Shown here: positions 45,421 to 55,434 of the stretch, one piece after another
How positions within the stretch are numbered: the first letter of the stretch is position 1
Layout of the letters: each line of letters opens with the position of its first letter
IMG/VR virus record: IMGVR_UViG_3300005976_000001
Coordinates: 1 to 59,662 of that record
Reading direction: 5' to 3' (one strand)
Source of the DNA: a virus
Lineage: Duplodnaviria; Caudoviricetes
Length of the DNA stretch: 59,662 bases
Notes under the pieces: generated by a model
What the model saw: the letters and a program-made list of their open reading frames with translations, nothing else
What the model was told of the DNA's origin: nothing
Database searches by the model: none
Program-made: the position numbers and the translations under genes

Positions 45421-47311
45421 GTAATCCTGATGTTGGTCTAATACTAGATTTAAAGTTAGCTTTCGGTGGGGATGGTTTTTGGTTCCGTGCAATCGTGTTC
45501 ATGTACTCTAAATCTCTTCTTTTGTACGAATGATTTAATTGTTGGAATGCTTGAAACTTCTCGTCTGCAAATGAGTCTACCTGCACAATCTCCTTTCTAT
45601 CTCCCACAGTAAAACCTAGACGCATAATAGCAGCCTGCAATGCCAGTGCTGCGGCATCGGCTTCATCTGGACTGTGCGCCATTGACGGGCTTATAGCAGA
45701 CATCCTACTCCTATAAACACTCTTCGGTTCTAAGACCTTTTTTAGTGTCTTCTCGTTAAGAATCATTAACCTGGAAGTTAATTGGTTAATGGTAGTTGAA
45801 TCTAATCCTCGAATCTGGTCTGTTTCTATATAGGCTCTAAAGTCTGTCCAAAGCTCTGCTGAGTTCTTAATTGTTATATCAAATGATTTCTGTCTTATCT
45901 GACCACCACGGGTAGAGTATATCTTTATCGGCATAAGAGCTGAGTTTGCTTTTAACCGGATTACTTCTGCTAGTGCTCTTCCTTGTCCGTTAGCATCAAC
46001 GCATAGATGGTCTAGTGGTACACCGTAGCTACTTAAAATCTGGTTTACTTGTTCAGCAATTTGAATCTCAATGCTCTTATTATCTACTGCTGATATCGCT
46101 ATCCTAAAGAGTAGTGATTCTCCCATGTAATCAAGAAGAACCTGACCGTTACTAGCATGCCCCATAACTGCTAAGCGCAATATACAAGCATCCCCTCCGG
46201 TAGAAAATGCGGGGTCAAGACCAGCTACTGTTTTAAGTGGATAAGAGCCGGACCACTCAGCACTCCTAATAATACTTAACTCCGATAAGAACTGAGTAGA
46301 TACTACTGTTTCATCGGCACTCTCAGACCGCCAAAAGCCCAAAACAAACCGCCAGAATGAATCAGAGTCTGCTCCCCAGACTTTTTTCTTCTTCTCAATC
46401 TCATCTTCGGTGATTAAGAACTTTCCAAGTAGTTTTCTTTTTTGCGGGTCGGGGTCTGTGATAGCCGGAGAGTTGTAACAAGAAAAGAATAAACAGACTC
46501 CTTTGTCGTGCGTGGTCTCCCATTTAGTATCAACCATTGGGTCAATACTTTTTCTTCCTTCTTTTGGGGTCGATAAAGCACCGTGTGTATCATTCCAGGA
46601 TGAAGAGTTACCGATACACATTAGCTGAAACCACGGAGCAGTCTCTAAGTTAGCCACAGCATTTAGAATTGCTGGCGGCATATCAGTCCCTTCATCTAAG
46701 ACTACCATTAGAGCGTTTTTTGGGTGACGACCAATCCACTCTCTAATTGAAGTCTCATCATCTCCACGTTTTGCAGCTACAGCAAACATACCGTGAATGG
46801 TATCGTTTTTGTGGTGGAGTATTTTAGGAGGCTTTCCGGTATAATGTGTAAACTTTAAATCTAGTTCTGAGGTACGAATTAGCATAGTGATGTACCCCCA
46901 GATACGCCCGGATAGAGACTCCAGAGTCGTACTAGCTACCACACAGGTTCTTCCTCTTTGGTCAGCTAACCAGAACAATAAAGCTATTTTAGCGGCATCG
47001 TATGACTTAGCTGTCGATGCGCCCCCGGCATAACTGATAAACTTCCAGTCATCACAGTGTGCTCTAAATCTATCCTCTGTCCAGCTGTGCCAGACAGTCT
47101 TTGGCCAGAGATAATCGTGCATGGCTTTAAAGTGCTTATAGCGGATACTGGGGTTTCCAGATTCTCGGTAGAGCTTTCCGTGGATAGAAAATGGGTGGCA
47201 GATAGGAAACTTATTGCCATAAACCTCTACACACTCTACAATTTCTCCAGAGCTGGTCTCAATATTCTTTATTTCCCAGCCTTCATTTGCTATGAGTTCT
47301 TTTATGTTCAT
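45386..47311 (-). CDS. terL: Terminase large subunit
   Basis: AGGASTAKS (Walker A), VVLDEG (Walker B), IGN (motif C), RFVLGFW, GLDPAFSTGGD, VDANG.G, SPDEADA nuclease motifs. Confidence 0.88.
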   Translation of the reverse strand: MNIKELIANEGWEIKNIETSSGEIVECVEVYGNKFPICHPFSIHGKLYRESGNPSIRYKHFKAMHDYLWPKTVWHSWTEDRFRAHCDDWKFISYAGGASTAKSYDAAKIALLFWLADQRGRTCVVASTTLESLSGRIWGYITMLIRTSELDLKFTHYTGKPPKILHHKNDTIHGMFAVAAKRGDDETSIREWIGRHPKNALMVVLDEGTDMPPAILNAVANLETAPWFQLMCIGNSSSWNDTHGALSTPKEGRKSIDPMVDTKWETTHDKGVCLFFSCYNSPAITDPDPQKRKLLGKFLITEDEIEKKKKVWGADSDSFWRFVLGFWRSESADETVVSTQFLSELSIIRSAEWSGSYPLKTVAGLDPAFSTGGDACILRLAVMGHASNGQVLLDYMGESLLFRIAISAVDNKSIEIQIAEQVNQILSSYGVPLDHLCVDANGQGRALAEVIRLKANSALMPIKIYSTRGGQIRQKSFDITIKNSAELWTDFRAYIETDQIRGLDSTTINQLTSRLMILNEKTLKKVLEPKSVYRSRMSAISPSMAHSPDEADAAALALQAAIMRLGFTVGDRKEIVQVDSFADEKFQAFQQLNHSYKRRDLEYMNTIARNQKPSPPKANFKSSIRPTSGLLKGMKRLFGPE

Positions 47312-47885
47312 GAAGTTTAAACCTTTTATCGGCCCTAAAGAGTATAAGTTTCAGGACCCGGACTTACCACACAAGGTATATAATTCTGCTACTAAAGAAG
47401 ACCTAATAAGGCAAATAGAATCTTTCCGCACCCAAAATAGACTAGAGCCAATCCTACGATTAAGTGATACAATAGATAACTATCTCTGTAGTTTACCAGA
47501 GAATACCGGTTCGTGTGAAGCAGCAAAGATGATTAATAGAAGTTTTCTAACGTATGTAAAGGGAGGAGTAGCGCTACTAAAGCACATATTCGGTCCGGGC
47601 TCTTTTAATACTCCTCAAGCGGTAGCAGAAAAAAGAGCTTCTATCTGCATTGACTGTAAGTATAATGTGTTTCCGGACAAGAAAGGGTTTGTAAAGTGGT
47701 CAGACCATGTAGCAGAGCAAACTACTAATGGAAGAACTACCACTCTTCATTCTTACTTAGGAAACTGCGAAGTATGTACTTGTGTACTAAAAGCAAAAGT
47801 TTTTTATAGTGGTAGTGATAAGTTCACTAAAGAGCAAACTGAAAAGATGAAGTCTGTCGGTTGTTGGCAGGTAAGTAATAGATAG
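47292..47885 (+). CDS. Cys-rich (Zn-binding) hypothetical protein; alternative start 47310
   Basis: RA.IC..C.YN...C.VC.C.LKAKV...CWQ. Confidence 0.65.
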   Translation: MSSFMFMKFKPFIGPKEYKFQDPDLPHKVYNSATKEDLIRQIESFRTQNRLEPILRLSDTIDNYLCSLPENTGSCEAAKMINRSFLTYVKGGVALLKHIFGPGSFNTPQAVAEKRASICIDCKYNVFPDKKGFVKWSDHVAEQTTNGRTTTLHSYLGNCEVCTCVLKAKVFYSGSDKFTKEQTEKMKSVGCWQVSNR

Positions 47886-47896
47886 AGTAATTGTTT

Positions 47897-50326
47897 ATGA
47901 GCAACGATCTACAGAGCACACATGACGGGTCAGGCAGAGCGCCAATAGTAGCTACTGAGTCCGGGGAGTTAAAAGCTCCTGAAAATATAATGACCAATAT
48001 CTGGACCGTCCGAGCTATTTACTCGCGGTTAAGAACACAGCATTTAGAAAGAATAGAACTATACTCATCAATTAAAGGGATGATTGATGGTAACCCTCCA
48101 TACGACCCAGAAGAGCTAGAGCAAAATGGAATTGACCATATCGCTAACTTTAATGATATGTCATCTAGCTCTACGTTTGAGAGAGCAGCGCTTGCTCACT
48201 GGAACTTACTTAACCAAACTCAAAGTTTTGTAAAGTTCTCACTTCATTTTCCAGGTGAACCAAATGCTCCAAAGTACGCAGAGATAATGTCTCGTAACTT
48301 TGACTATGTAGTAAGAAAGTGGCCACCATTTGAAAAGAGAGTAAATAGACTTGCAGGTCAACTTGTTCAGCTAGGAGTTAGTCCGGTTATCTGGCCAGAC
48401 GAACTAGACTGGAGGTGGAGAGTTGTAGACTTATCAAAACTATTTGTTCCGGACCAAGCGCCAGATGACACCGAGCTCTTAACCTTCTTTGCAATAGAAT
48501 CTACGTTTGATGTGCAATATCTTTTTCAGGTGTACGAGAAGTTTAAAGATAAACCAGAAGATAAAACTCTTTGGAATGTAGAAGAACTAGAGAGACTTCT
48601 TTTACACTTTGCTAATCAGCACTCTAAGGATAGATCGACAAGTTTTGTAGATATGGTCGAGGTGCAAAAGAGCATTCAAAATAATGACATGAACTATGGA
48701 GACTTCTTAACCGATAACATCCGGGTGGTATCATTTATCCAGAAAGAATACAGCGGAAAGTACAGCCACTACATGTTTCATGTCTACTATGATGGTGGGG
48801 ACTTCTTATTTAAAGCAAGTGAGATATTTGAAAAGCTAGAAGACTTTATTGTCTTATTTACTGCTAGTCCAGGCGAGGAGACAATTCATGGTAGTAGAGG
48901 GGTGGGGCACAGAATGTACTCGACCTCTCAAGCTATGATGCAGCTAAACTGCTCAATAATTGATATGGCCCGGATGAGCTCTACTCCATTCTTAAGAGGT
49001 GCTCCAACCCAGGATTCGAGTGCGCTTAGAGTCTTTCCGGGTGTTCCAACCCATATCGGTAATACTGACTTTGTTCAAACAAATTTTGGAGCAAATATTA
49101 GTCAGCTAATTGGTGCATCGGACTTTTTACAATCAAGACTAGAGTTTAATATTGCTAACGCTGGAGACAACCCGGCTATTCCCGATTCAAATGAGCAGGG
49201 GTCATTGGCTCCGAGTCAGGCTAGATCTATGGTGTTTAAAGAGCACGGTATTTTAAAGAACCATATAAAGCATTTTTACAATAAGTTTGATTTAGTAATA
49301 GTTAATATGGTCTCTCGGATGCTTAAGTCCAAAGAAGGGCAACCTGGACATAAATGGGCTAAAGAGTGGAAGAGACGGTGCGTAGCAGATGGAGTACCAG
49401 AGTTTATATTTAATAATTCAAATACTAGGGATATAAATCCACTAACAGGATTACCGTTGTTTCTAGATGTTAAAGCATCAAGAGTCGCAGGCGACGGTTC
49501 AACTGTCGGTCAGATTATGGGATTACAAGAGCTTACCGAGCTCTTAGGTGGAGATATTGGGGGACCAAGAGAGGTTAAAGCGTATAGAAGACAAGCAGTA
49601 TTAGCTACTCTCGGCTCAGAGTACTTAGATGAATATATGCAAGAGTCAAGTGAAGCAGATGAGCGTGCCGGTGGAGCAAGTTTAGCAGCCCTAGAAAACG
49701 CGGTTATGGAAGATGGAAGAGCGCCAGTGTTCTCTCCGGATAACGAGCACAGGAGCCATACGGTAACACATATCGCTCTTGGTTCTGAGATTATAGATAG
49801 ACTACAGCAACAGCAGATGGACCCGGTTCAAGCTGACAAAGTTTTTCATGTGCTTGTTCCGCATATGCAGCAACACTTTCAAGCAGTGCAAGTCAGCCCG
49901 TTTAACGCAAGCTTTGCGGCTCAGGTAGAGCAACCGGTTATGCAGATTGCAAACTACGCACAGCTTAATAGAAAGAATGCTATGGCTATGCTAAAATCAC
50001 AAGAAAAGCAGCAAAGACAAAATGCAGAGCAACAGCAAGAAGCAATGACCGATGCTCAGAGGAAGGATTTCATAGCAGCAAAAGACGAGGAGAGAAAGAA
50101 TTATCAGTTGCAAGCTAAAGAAGAGAGAACAGCAGAAGCGCAAAAAACCAGAGCTGACATAATGCGAGAAAAAGTACATCTGGATGCTCAGAATCAGAAA
50201 AGAAAGGTAGAGCTAGAAGCTAACATTAAACAAAATAAAGCTGCTAACGAGATGAATCTAGCTGAGATACGAGCGAATATTCAAAAGATAAAAGGAGACA
50301 CTCCTTCGCCAGCGGACATAGAATAG
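47897..50326 (+). CDS. Portal protein
   Basis: About 810 aa, helical, with a long C-terminal coiled coil (barrel-like); located between terL and scaffold/MCP. Confidence 0.7.
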   Translation: MSNDLQSTHDGSGRAPIVATESGELKAPENIMTNIWTVRAIYSRLRTQHLERIELYSSIKGMIDGNPPYDPEELEQNGIDHIANFNDMSSSSTFERAALAHWNLLNQTQSFVKFSLHFPGEPNAPKYAEIMSRNFDYVVRKWPPFEKRVNRLAGQLVQLGVSPVIWPDELDWRWRVVDLSKLFVPDQAPDDTELLTFFAIESTFDVQYLFQVYEKFKDKPEDKTLWNVEELERLLLHFANQHSKDRSTSFVDMVEVQKSIQNNDMNYGDFLTDNIRVVSFIQKEYSGKYSHYMFHVYYDGGDFLFKASEIFEKLEDFIVLFTASPGEETIHGSRGVGHRMYSTSQAMMQLNCSIIDMARMSSTPFLRGAPTQDSSALRVFPGVPTHIGNTDFVQTNFGANISQLIGASDFLQSRLEFNIANAGDNPAIPDSNEQGSLAPSQARSMVFKEHGILKNHIKHFYNKFDLVIVNMVSRMLKSKEGQPGHKWAKEWKRRCVADGVPEFIFNNSNTRDINPLTGLPLFLDVKASRVAGDGSTVGQIMGLQELTELLGGDIGGPREVKAYRRQAVLATLGSEYLDEYMQESSEADERAGGASLAALENAVMEDGRAPVFSPDNEHRSHTVTHIALGSEIIDRLQQQQMDPVQADKVFHVLVPHMQQHFQAVQVSPFNASFAAQVEQPVMQIANYAQLNRKNAMAMLKSQEKQQRQNAEQQQEAMTDAQRKDFIAAKDEERKNYQLQAKEERTAEAQKTRADIMREKVHLDAQNQKRKVELEANIKQNKAANEMNLAEIRANIQKIKGDTPSPADIE

Positions 50327-50327
50327 T

Positions 50328-50711
50328 ATGAAGAAAACAGTAGAAGAGTTTAAAGAGGATATGTTAAGCGGTCTTGGTTCTTACCAGGAAGCAGTAGATA
50401 TCTTTATGCGGTTAGGTTTGTACGAGTTTCTTCTTGAACGTGCATTACCGATTAAGTCCCCAGAAGATAGTCCAAACCATGATAGTCTTAGCTTAATTGA
50501 GATTGGGCGTGTTAGAGGGTACAACGAGTGCATTACAGATATGTTTGAGTTTAAAGAAACATACTTGTCTGCTGTGAAGAAGGGAGCACCTATTAGGCCT
50601 ACTTTTGGCGGTATTAGTCATGCGATATCTAGAGGGGATCTTAGCCCGGAAGAAGCAGCTGAGTTGTTAAAGAAAAAGCTAAACGGACAAAAGAGTTCTA
50701 TGTCTAACTAA
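50328..50711 (+). CDS. Hypothetical head-module protein
   Basis: 127 aa, immediately after the portal. Confidence 0.6.
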   Translation: MKKTVEEFKEDMLSGLGSYQEAVDIFMRLGLYEFLLERALPIKSPEDSPNHDSLSLIEIGRVRGYNECITDMFEFKETYLSAVKKGAPIRPTFGGISHAISRGDLSPEEAAELLKKKLNGQKSSMSN

Positions 50712-50731
50712 CATTAAATAGGGAGGTGATC

Positions 50732-50830
50732 ATGCCAGGAATCTATGCAGGTAAATCAAAGAAAGGCTCTACCGATAAGGTAAAGAGCACTATGAAAAAA
50801 GGAAAGAAAGGTAAAAAGAAAATGAAATAA
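50732..50830 (+). CDS. Unannotated 32-aa Lys-rich peptide
   Basis: MPGIYAGKSKKGSTDKVKSTMKKGKKGKKKMK preceded by GGAGGTGATC (extended anti-SD match). Confidence 0.7.
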   Translation: MPGIYAGKSKKGSTDKVKSTMKKGKKGKKKMK

Positions 50831-50879
50831 ACCTTTCTTTAATGTACTTCTAACCATCACTACACTCTAGGGACTTTTT

Positions 50880-52298
50880 ATGAATAACAATGATAATCAA
50901 ACTAACTCTTCTACTCCAACTAATCAGGCACCGGGTAAACCCCCACTAGCTGACCACCGGGCGCAACTTCCAAGTGGGGTAAAGAACACTAACGTACATG
51001 GGAACCCATTTCAAAATAGTGTAAATAGTATCATGGGTGATGTGCTTACTCCGGATGTTATGTCTGCTGAACCTTCCGGGGAGGGCCAATCTCAAGATAG
51101 TCAGCAGACCCAACAACCACAACAACCACAAAGTAGTGCAGAGCCTAAGCTCTCATTAAACTTTGATGAGATGTTGAATATATCCAGTAGTCCGAGAGTG
51201 GCTCAGACAGATGTAGTTGAGCCGGATATATTTAATAAAGAAGATGAAACAAAAGAACCTCAAAGCAGTGATGACCAGGATGCTCAAGGTTCTGAAGATT
51301 CCGGTGAGGACCAGGAGAAAGACTCAAAAGCTCCAGAAGCTAATTTAAGGAAGCTAGGTAGAAAGTATTCTGAAACAAAGTCAGCACTTGAGCAGAGAGA
51401 TCAAGAGATTCAAACACTTCAAGAGCGTATAGCAAAGTACGATAAAGGAGAGGAAGTCCCACAAGCACTCTCTGATAGGCTATCTAGACTACAGAGGTAT
51501 GAGCAGTTAGTAGATTTAAAGTCGTCTGAAGAGTTTCATGAGACAAAGATAAAGCCACTAGAAGAGCTAAAAGAGGGGCTAACCGGGTACTTAGAAGACT
51601 ACGGAATGAGCGAAGATGAAGCTGATAAGCTTCTTTCTTTTGAGAATCAGGCAGAATTAAACAGATATCTGAGCTCGAAGTTTGATGCTACTGGGGCATT
51701 AGAGGTCAAGGTAAAGCTAGCTAAAATTAGAAAGCTTCAAAGAGAGATAGAGCAAGCTGAACAAGAGCCGGGTCAAGCATTAGAGAGAATGATTGCAGAT
51801 ACCCGCAACCAGAGAGAGGCTCGAAAGCAGCAGTCAAGAGAGAAGATTAAAACTGTAGCTGAGGGTTCTCTTAGAAAAGCTCTGTCAAAAATTAAAGAAG
51901 ACGGTAAGTTTCAAGAGCTAATCTTTAGGGAAGGAGACGAGGAGTTTAACAATAAGTGGGTAAAGCCTCACATCGAGAAAGCTTCTAAAGATTACGCTCA
52001 GATTATAGGAAAGCTTGTAGAGCTAGGGGTTGATGATATGCCAGAAGACTTAGCGTATGCTTTAAGTATGCAGTCTTTACTGACAGCTATCTCAGCTACA
52101 TCAACTGAATCAAGAGAGGCTGCTCTAAAGTATGCGAACAATTTATCTTCCAATGTAGAGCGTGATGCAGCTTATTATAGGCCACACATCGGAGGGTCTG
52201 GCACCGGGTTTAGTTCTCCGGCTGCTCCAAAAGGTAGAGATCAAACTCTACATGAAGGATTGGATGGGATCTTAAGCGATGTCTTTAAGGGCCGCTAG
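50880..52298 (+). CDS. Capsid scaffolding protein
   Basis: Disordered acidic N-terminus, long coiled coil and short C-terminal helix; directly upstream of the MCP. Confidence 0.65.
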   Translation: MNNNDNQTNSSTPTNQAPGKPPLADHRAQLPSGVKNTNVHGNPFQNSVNSIMGDVLTPDVMSAEPSGEGQSQDSQQTQQPQQPQSSAEPKLSLNFDEMLNISSSPRVAQTDVVEPDIFNKEDETKEPQSSDDQDAQGSEDSGEDQEKDSKAPEANLRKLGRKYSETKSALEQRDQEIQTLQERIAKYDKGEEVPQALSDRLSRLQRYEQLVDLKSSEEFHETKIKPLEELKEGLTGYLEDYGMSEDEADKLLSFENQAELNRYLSSKFDATGALEVKVKLAKIRKLQREIEQAEQEPGQALERMIADTRNQREARKQQSREKIKTVAEGSLRKALSKIKEDGKFQELIFREGDEEFNNKWVKPHIEKASKDYAQIIGKLVELGVDDMPEDLAYALSMQSLLTAISATSTESREAALKYANNLSSNVERDAAYYRPHIGGSGTGFSSPAAPKGRDQTLHEGLDGILSDVFKGR

Positions 52299-52310
52299 GA
52301 AATAAGGCTA

Positions 52311-52529
52311 TTGCATCAACTTTCTTTTTATAAGATAATTACTAGTGCGAGGGCGGTCTTGCGTTAAGAAGCCATGTCTCCTGGTCACATGTAAACTACC
52401 GGGCATAAGCGTTAGAGTAATCTGACTACGGTAGCTCCGTTATAGCTGCTTAGAGAAATATAAATAAATTGGTAGTAGCTTTAGCTACTAACAGTTGACG
52501 TGTAATTTTTCTATCATGCGAGGAGTGTC
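52311..52529 (+). promoter_or_regulatory. Promoter and long structured 5' leader (or ncRNA) of the capsid gene
   Basis: TTGCAT-N17-GATAAT at 52311-52339; several hairpins including GTTAGA-GTAA-TCTGAC and TAGTAGC-TTTA-GCTACTA; GAGGAG RBS at 52520. Confidence 0.55.
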
Positions 52530-54380
52530 ATGCCAGATAACTGTACCGCTATGTCTGCAAAACAAGTGCAGCAAGCATTTCTAAAAGCGCAGCCTTTAAT
52601 AGCTGCACAAATTCGAGACTTAACTGTTCAAATCCCTAACTTTATAAGAGATATGTATAACGTATCTCCGTTTCCTCTAGGTAACGGCACTTCTATGGAA
52701 GAGCTAGTATACCGGGGAGCAATGCCAGCCATCGAGCGTGGGTTCGATAAGTGGCGTACGTTAGGTGGTGCGAACGGTTGTAATGACTGCGACGGCCCGG
52801 ATTGTTCCTATAACTGGACAGACCTTGGTGGTGGTGGAATCGAACGTAAAGTAATGCAGATTATGGACCGAGACTTTAGGTCTGAAGCATTCTGCGTTAA
52901 AGAGATTCAAACTACTGCTCACTTTCGTCAGGTTATGGGGAAAATAATTGAGAACCTCTACCGTCAGGTAGACTTCTTTAAAGAGCACAATATTGGATTC
53001 AACGCACTTACTTCACTTGCTAAGAAGTATGTGATTGATTCTACCGGTCCCCGTCCTAACCCAGAAAACCCATATGTCTATAGGAACATTCTTGGTGCAA
53101 GACTGAGTATGTTGAACATGGATGTGTTTACGCACTGGTATAACTGGATGCGTATGCTACCAGATGTGATTCCTATGGCGTATAGTAATGGTCAGCCGCA
53201 GTTCGGGGCACTCTTGTCTCCGGAGATGTTAAGTAGACTGTATCGGGACGATCCGGGGTTACGACAAGATGTCCGTGCTACTAGAGACGGAACCAATAAT
53301 GAACTACTTCATCGGTATAACTTTGTCACAACTATCCGTGACATGTTTATTCCTATTCCATATATGTACCCAAGAAGGTTTAACATCTCGGAATCAGGAG
53401 AGCCGTTAGAAGTATTCCCATATGTTAATAACGTACCACTAGAGACTGGGTTTTATACCAGTATCAATCCGCTGTACTTAGCAGCTACTCATGAGGAGAT
53501 ACTACTTTTTGGTATGCATCCGTTTGAGATTTATGCTATGCCTACGGTTGAGACGTTAGGAGATAACTCTTCTTTCGGACCTGAAGTCACCATGTTTGAT
53601 GAGTTCCAGTGGGTTAACCCACAAACTGATCAGGACCCAGGCAGACGACAGGGGTACTTCTGGACATCTGCTACTATCGGTATCAGCCAGCAGTACTCTC
53701 AAGGTATTTTTGGTATTTTGGTTGAACGTCCACAGGCGAATATGATCGCAACATTCTTCCCGAATCCAGAAGGACCACCTGATCCATCTGAAGTTGATAA
53801 CGAGGTACCAACCGTGGCTTGTCCTTGTCCTCAAATTGTTGATGCATTTGCTAACCCGCTTAATGCGGCTCAGTACTACATCATTCTTGGTGCTCCAATT
53901 GAGACCGAGGGTGTTGATGATGTACTTCTTGGTATTACTACCGGAGGGTACGTTACTGCATCACTTGAGGGTTCCTCTGATGACAATAAGCGACTGCTTG
54001 TTGAGATTGAGGAGACTTTACAGACATGTGACTTTACCAGCATCTACTGTGCAGATACGCTAGAGTGTCGTGCGACAGTTACTGATTGGTCAGTCAACTG
54101 TGATGATGCAGGAAACTTAGACCTGGTACTTGATGCACCGATTAAGGCTGTTGATGCAGCTGATGTCGTGGTCTTAACCCTTGGAAATGGAACTGTTATT
54201 GATGACGCTGTAGTAGTTAGCGTTGATATGGCGAACCTGACATGGGTAGTAGATAGCGGAGACGCTACCTTCTGTAACAACAACGGTGGGGTTGCTGAGA
54301 TATGCGTACCACCTGATACAGATGATAGTTGTCCGGCATGTTCTACTGGGCCAAGCTTTGACCAGTGTGAAGATACCTAG
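52530..54380 (+). CDS. Major capsid protein with Cys-rich acidic C-terminal extension
   Basis: Follows the scaffold, has a strong RBS and is followed by a terminator; about 410-aa core, Pro-rich linker (PNPEGPPDP), then about 200 extra aa. Confidence 0.7.
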   Translation: MPDNCTAMSAKQVQQAFLKAQPLIAAQIRDLTVQIPNFIRDMYNVSPFPLGNGTSMEELVYRGAMPAIERGFDKWRTLGGANGCNDCDGPDCSYNWTDLGGGGIERKVMQIMDRDFRSEAFCVKEIQTTAHFRQVMGKIIENLYRQVDFFKEHNIGFNALTSLAKKYVIDSTGPRPNPENPYVYRNILGARLSMLNMDVFTHWYNWMRMLPDVIPMAYSNGQPQFGALLSPEMLSRLYRDDPGLRQDVRATRDGTNNELLHRYNFVTTIRDMFIPIPYMYPRRFNISESGEPLEVFPYVNNVPLETGFYTSINPLYLAATHEEILLFGMHPFEIYAMPTVETLGDNSSFGPEVTMFDEFQWVNPQTDQDPGRRQGYFWTSATIGISQQYSQGIFGILVERPQANMIATFFPNPEGPPDPSEVDNEVPTVACPCPQIVDAFANPLNAAQYYIILGAPIETEGVDDVLLGITTGGYVTASLEGSSDDNKRLLVEIEETLQTCDFTSIYCADTLECRATVTDWSVNCDDAGNLDLVLDAPIKAVDAADVVVLTLGNGTVIDDAVVVSVDMANLTWVVDSGDATFCNNNGGVAEICVPPDTDDSCPACSTGPSFDQCEDT

Positions 54381-54403
54381 TAACTAGAGTGTAGTGAGGT
54401 TAG

Positions 54404-54444
54404 AGCAGGGGGGTGGGCCGCAAATCCCGCTTCCCTGCTTTTTT
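54404..54444 (+). terminator. Rho-independent terminator after the MCP
   Basis: AGCAGGGGGGTGGG / CCCGCTTCCCTGCT stem followed by a T run. Confidence 0.8.
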
Positions 54445-54447
54445 ATT

Positions 54448-55431
54448 ATGGCAATTAGATTACTAAGATTTACGAGCTGCGTTAAATTACATAAAGGACT
54501 TACTATGCCAGGAGATGGAGCAGACGGGTTAAACGGGTGGAGTCCGGTTCTCTCTATTCAAACTGATGGTGGTCGCAAAGTTCTTCAAATCACAGACTGG
54601 GCTGGTGGAGAAGGAATAAAGCCTGCGAACGGGTCGTATATAGGCTCTACTGGTTTTGTTTCAGATATATCAGATGCTATTCAAATAAATGGAGAAGACG
54701 GGACTGATGGAGTTGATGGGTCCGATGGTGCCGACGGTGCTCCAGGAGCAGATGGTGCTGACGGAACAAATGGTACGGACGGCACAGATGGGGATAACGG
54801 ATGGACTCCTTCTTTTGCTATAGCAACTGACTCAGACAGGAGAGTTCTTCAAGTCTCTGACTGGGTAGGTGGGGAAGGAACTAAACCAGACACTGGAGAT
54901 TACGTAGGTGCAGCGGGGCTAGTACCAGACATTGCAGATGGAGTAGACATAAGAGGACCAGCAGGTGCTAGCTCTGGTGCAGGTCCTATGGTTAAAGTTT
55001 ATTTAGAAGACCCACAAGAAGTCCCTAACTCATCTCTGTATACTATAGACTGGGATGCGGTTGAGTATGATGAGGGCAGCTACTGGGATGCCGGAGACCC
55101 TGATGAGATATTAATATCTCAACGTGGAATCTACAGGATAATATTTTATTGTAGGTTTGCATCTTGGTCTAGCTCTAATGCGGTATACTCAGCACAGATA
55201 AGAAGGGACCGTTCAGGTGACCTTAACAGACCGCTGTCAAGCTCTGTTGCAGAGTACGAGATAGATGCTACCAAATCATCTCCTATTATGTGGGAAGGTA
55301 TACTAGAAGTTAATGACATAATTAAAGGAAAGACATTTCAAGATAGTGGGGGGCCGTTAGATTTAGAAGGAGAAGGAGCTACATCTACTCCCGCTTTTAT
55401 GACTGTGAGTTTAATAAGAGAGCTTGCTTAA
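54448..55431 (+). CDS. Collagen-repeat fibre protein with duplicated domain and C1q/TNF-like head
   Basis: GxDG triplets between two copies of GW.P.....D..R.VLQ..DW.GGEG.KP..G.Y.G..G.V.DI.D; C-terminal WD.VEYD.G.YWD...G.Y.I. The track start at 54394 lies before the terminator, so ATG 54448 is preferred. Confidence 0.65.
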   Translation: MAIRLLRFTSCVKLHKGLTMPGDGADGLNGWSPVLSIQTDGGRKVLQITDWAGGEGIKPANGSYIGSTGFVSDISDAIQINGEDGTDGVDGSDGADGAPGADGADGTNGTDGTDGDNGWTPSFAIATDSDRRVLQVSDWVGGEGTKPDTGDYVGAAGLVPDIADGVDIRGPAGASSGAGPMVKVYLEDPQEVPNSSLYTIDWDAVEYDEGSYWDAGDPDEILISQRGIYRIIFYCRFASWSSSNAVYSAQIRRDRSGDLNRPLSSSVAEYEIDATKSSPIMWEGILEVNDIIKGKTFQDSGGPLDLEGEGATSTPAFMTVSLIRELA

Positions 55432-55434
55432 GTT

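Noticed and set aside
47057-47320. Short ORFs antisense to terL, polA, the S8 protease, portal, MCP and the ejection genes
   Set aside because: They lie almost entirely opposite well-supported genes and have no motifs or RBS.
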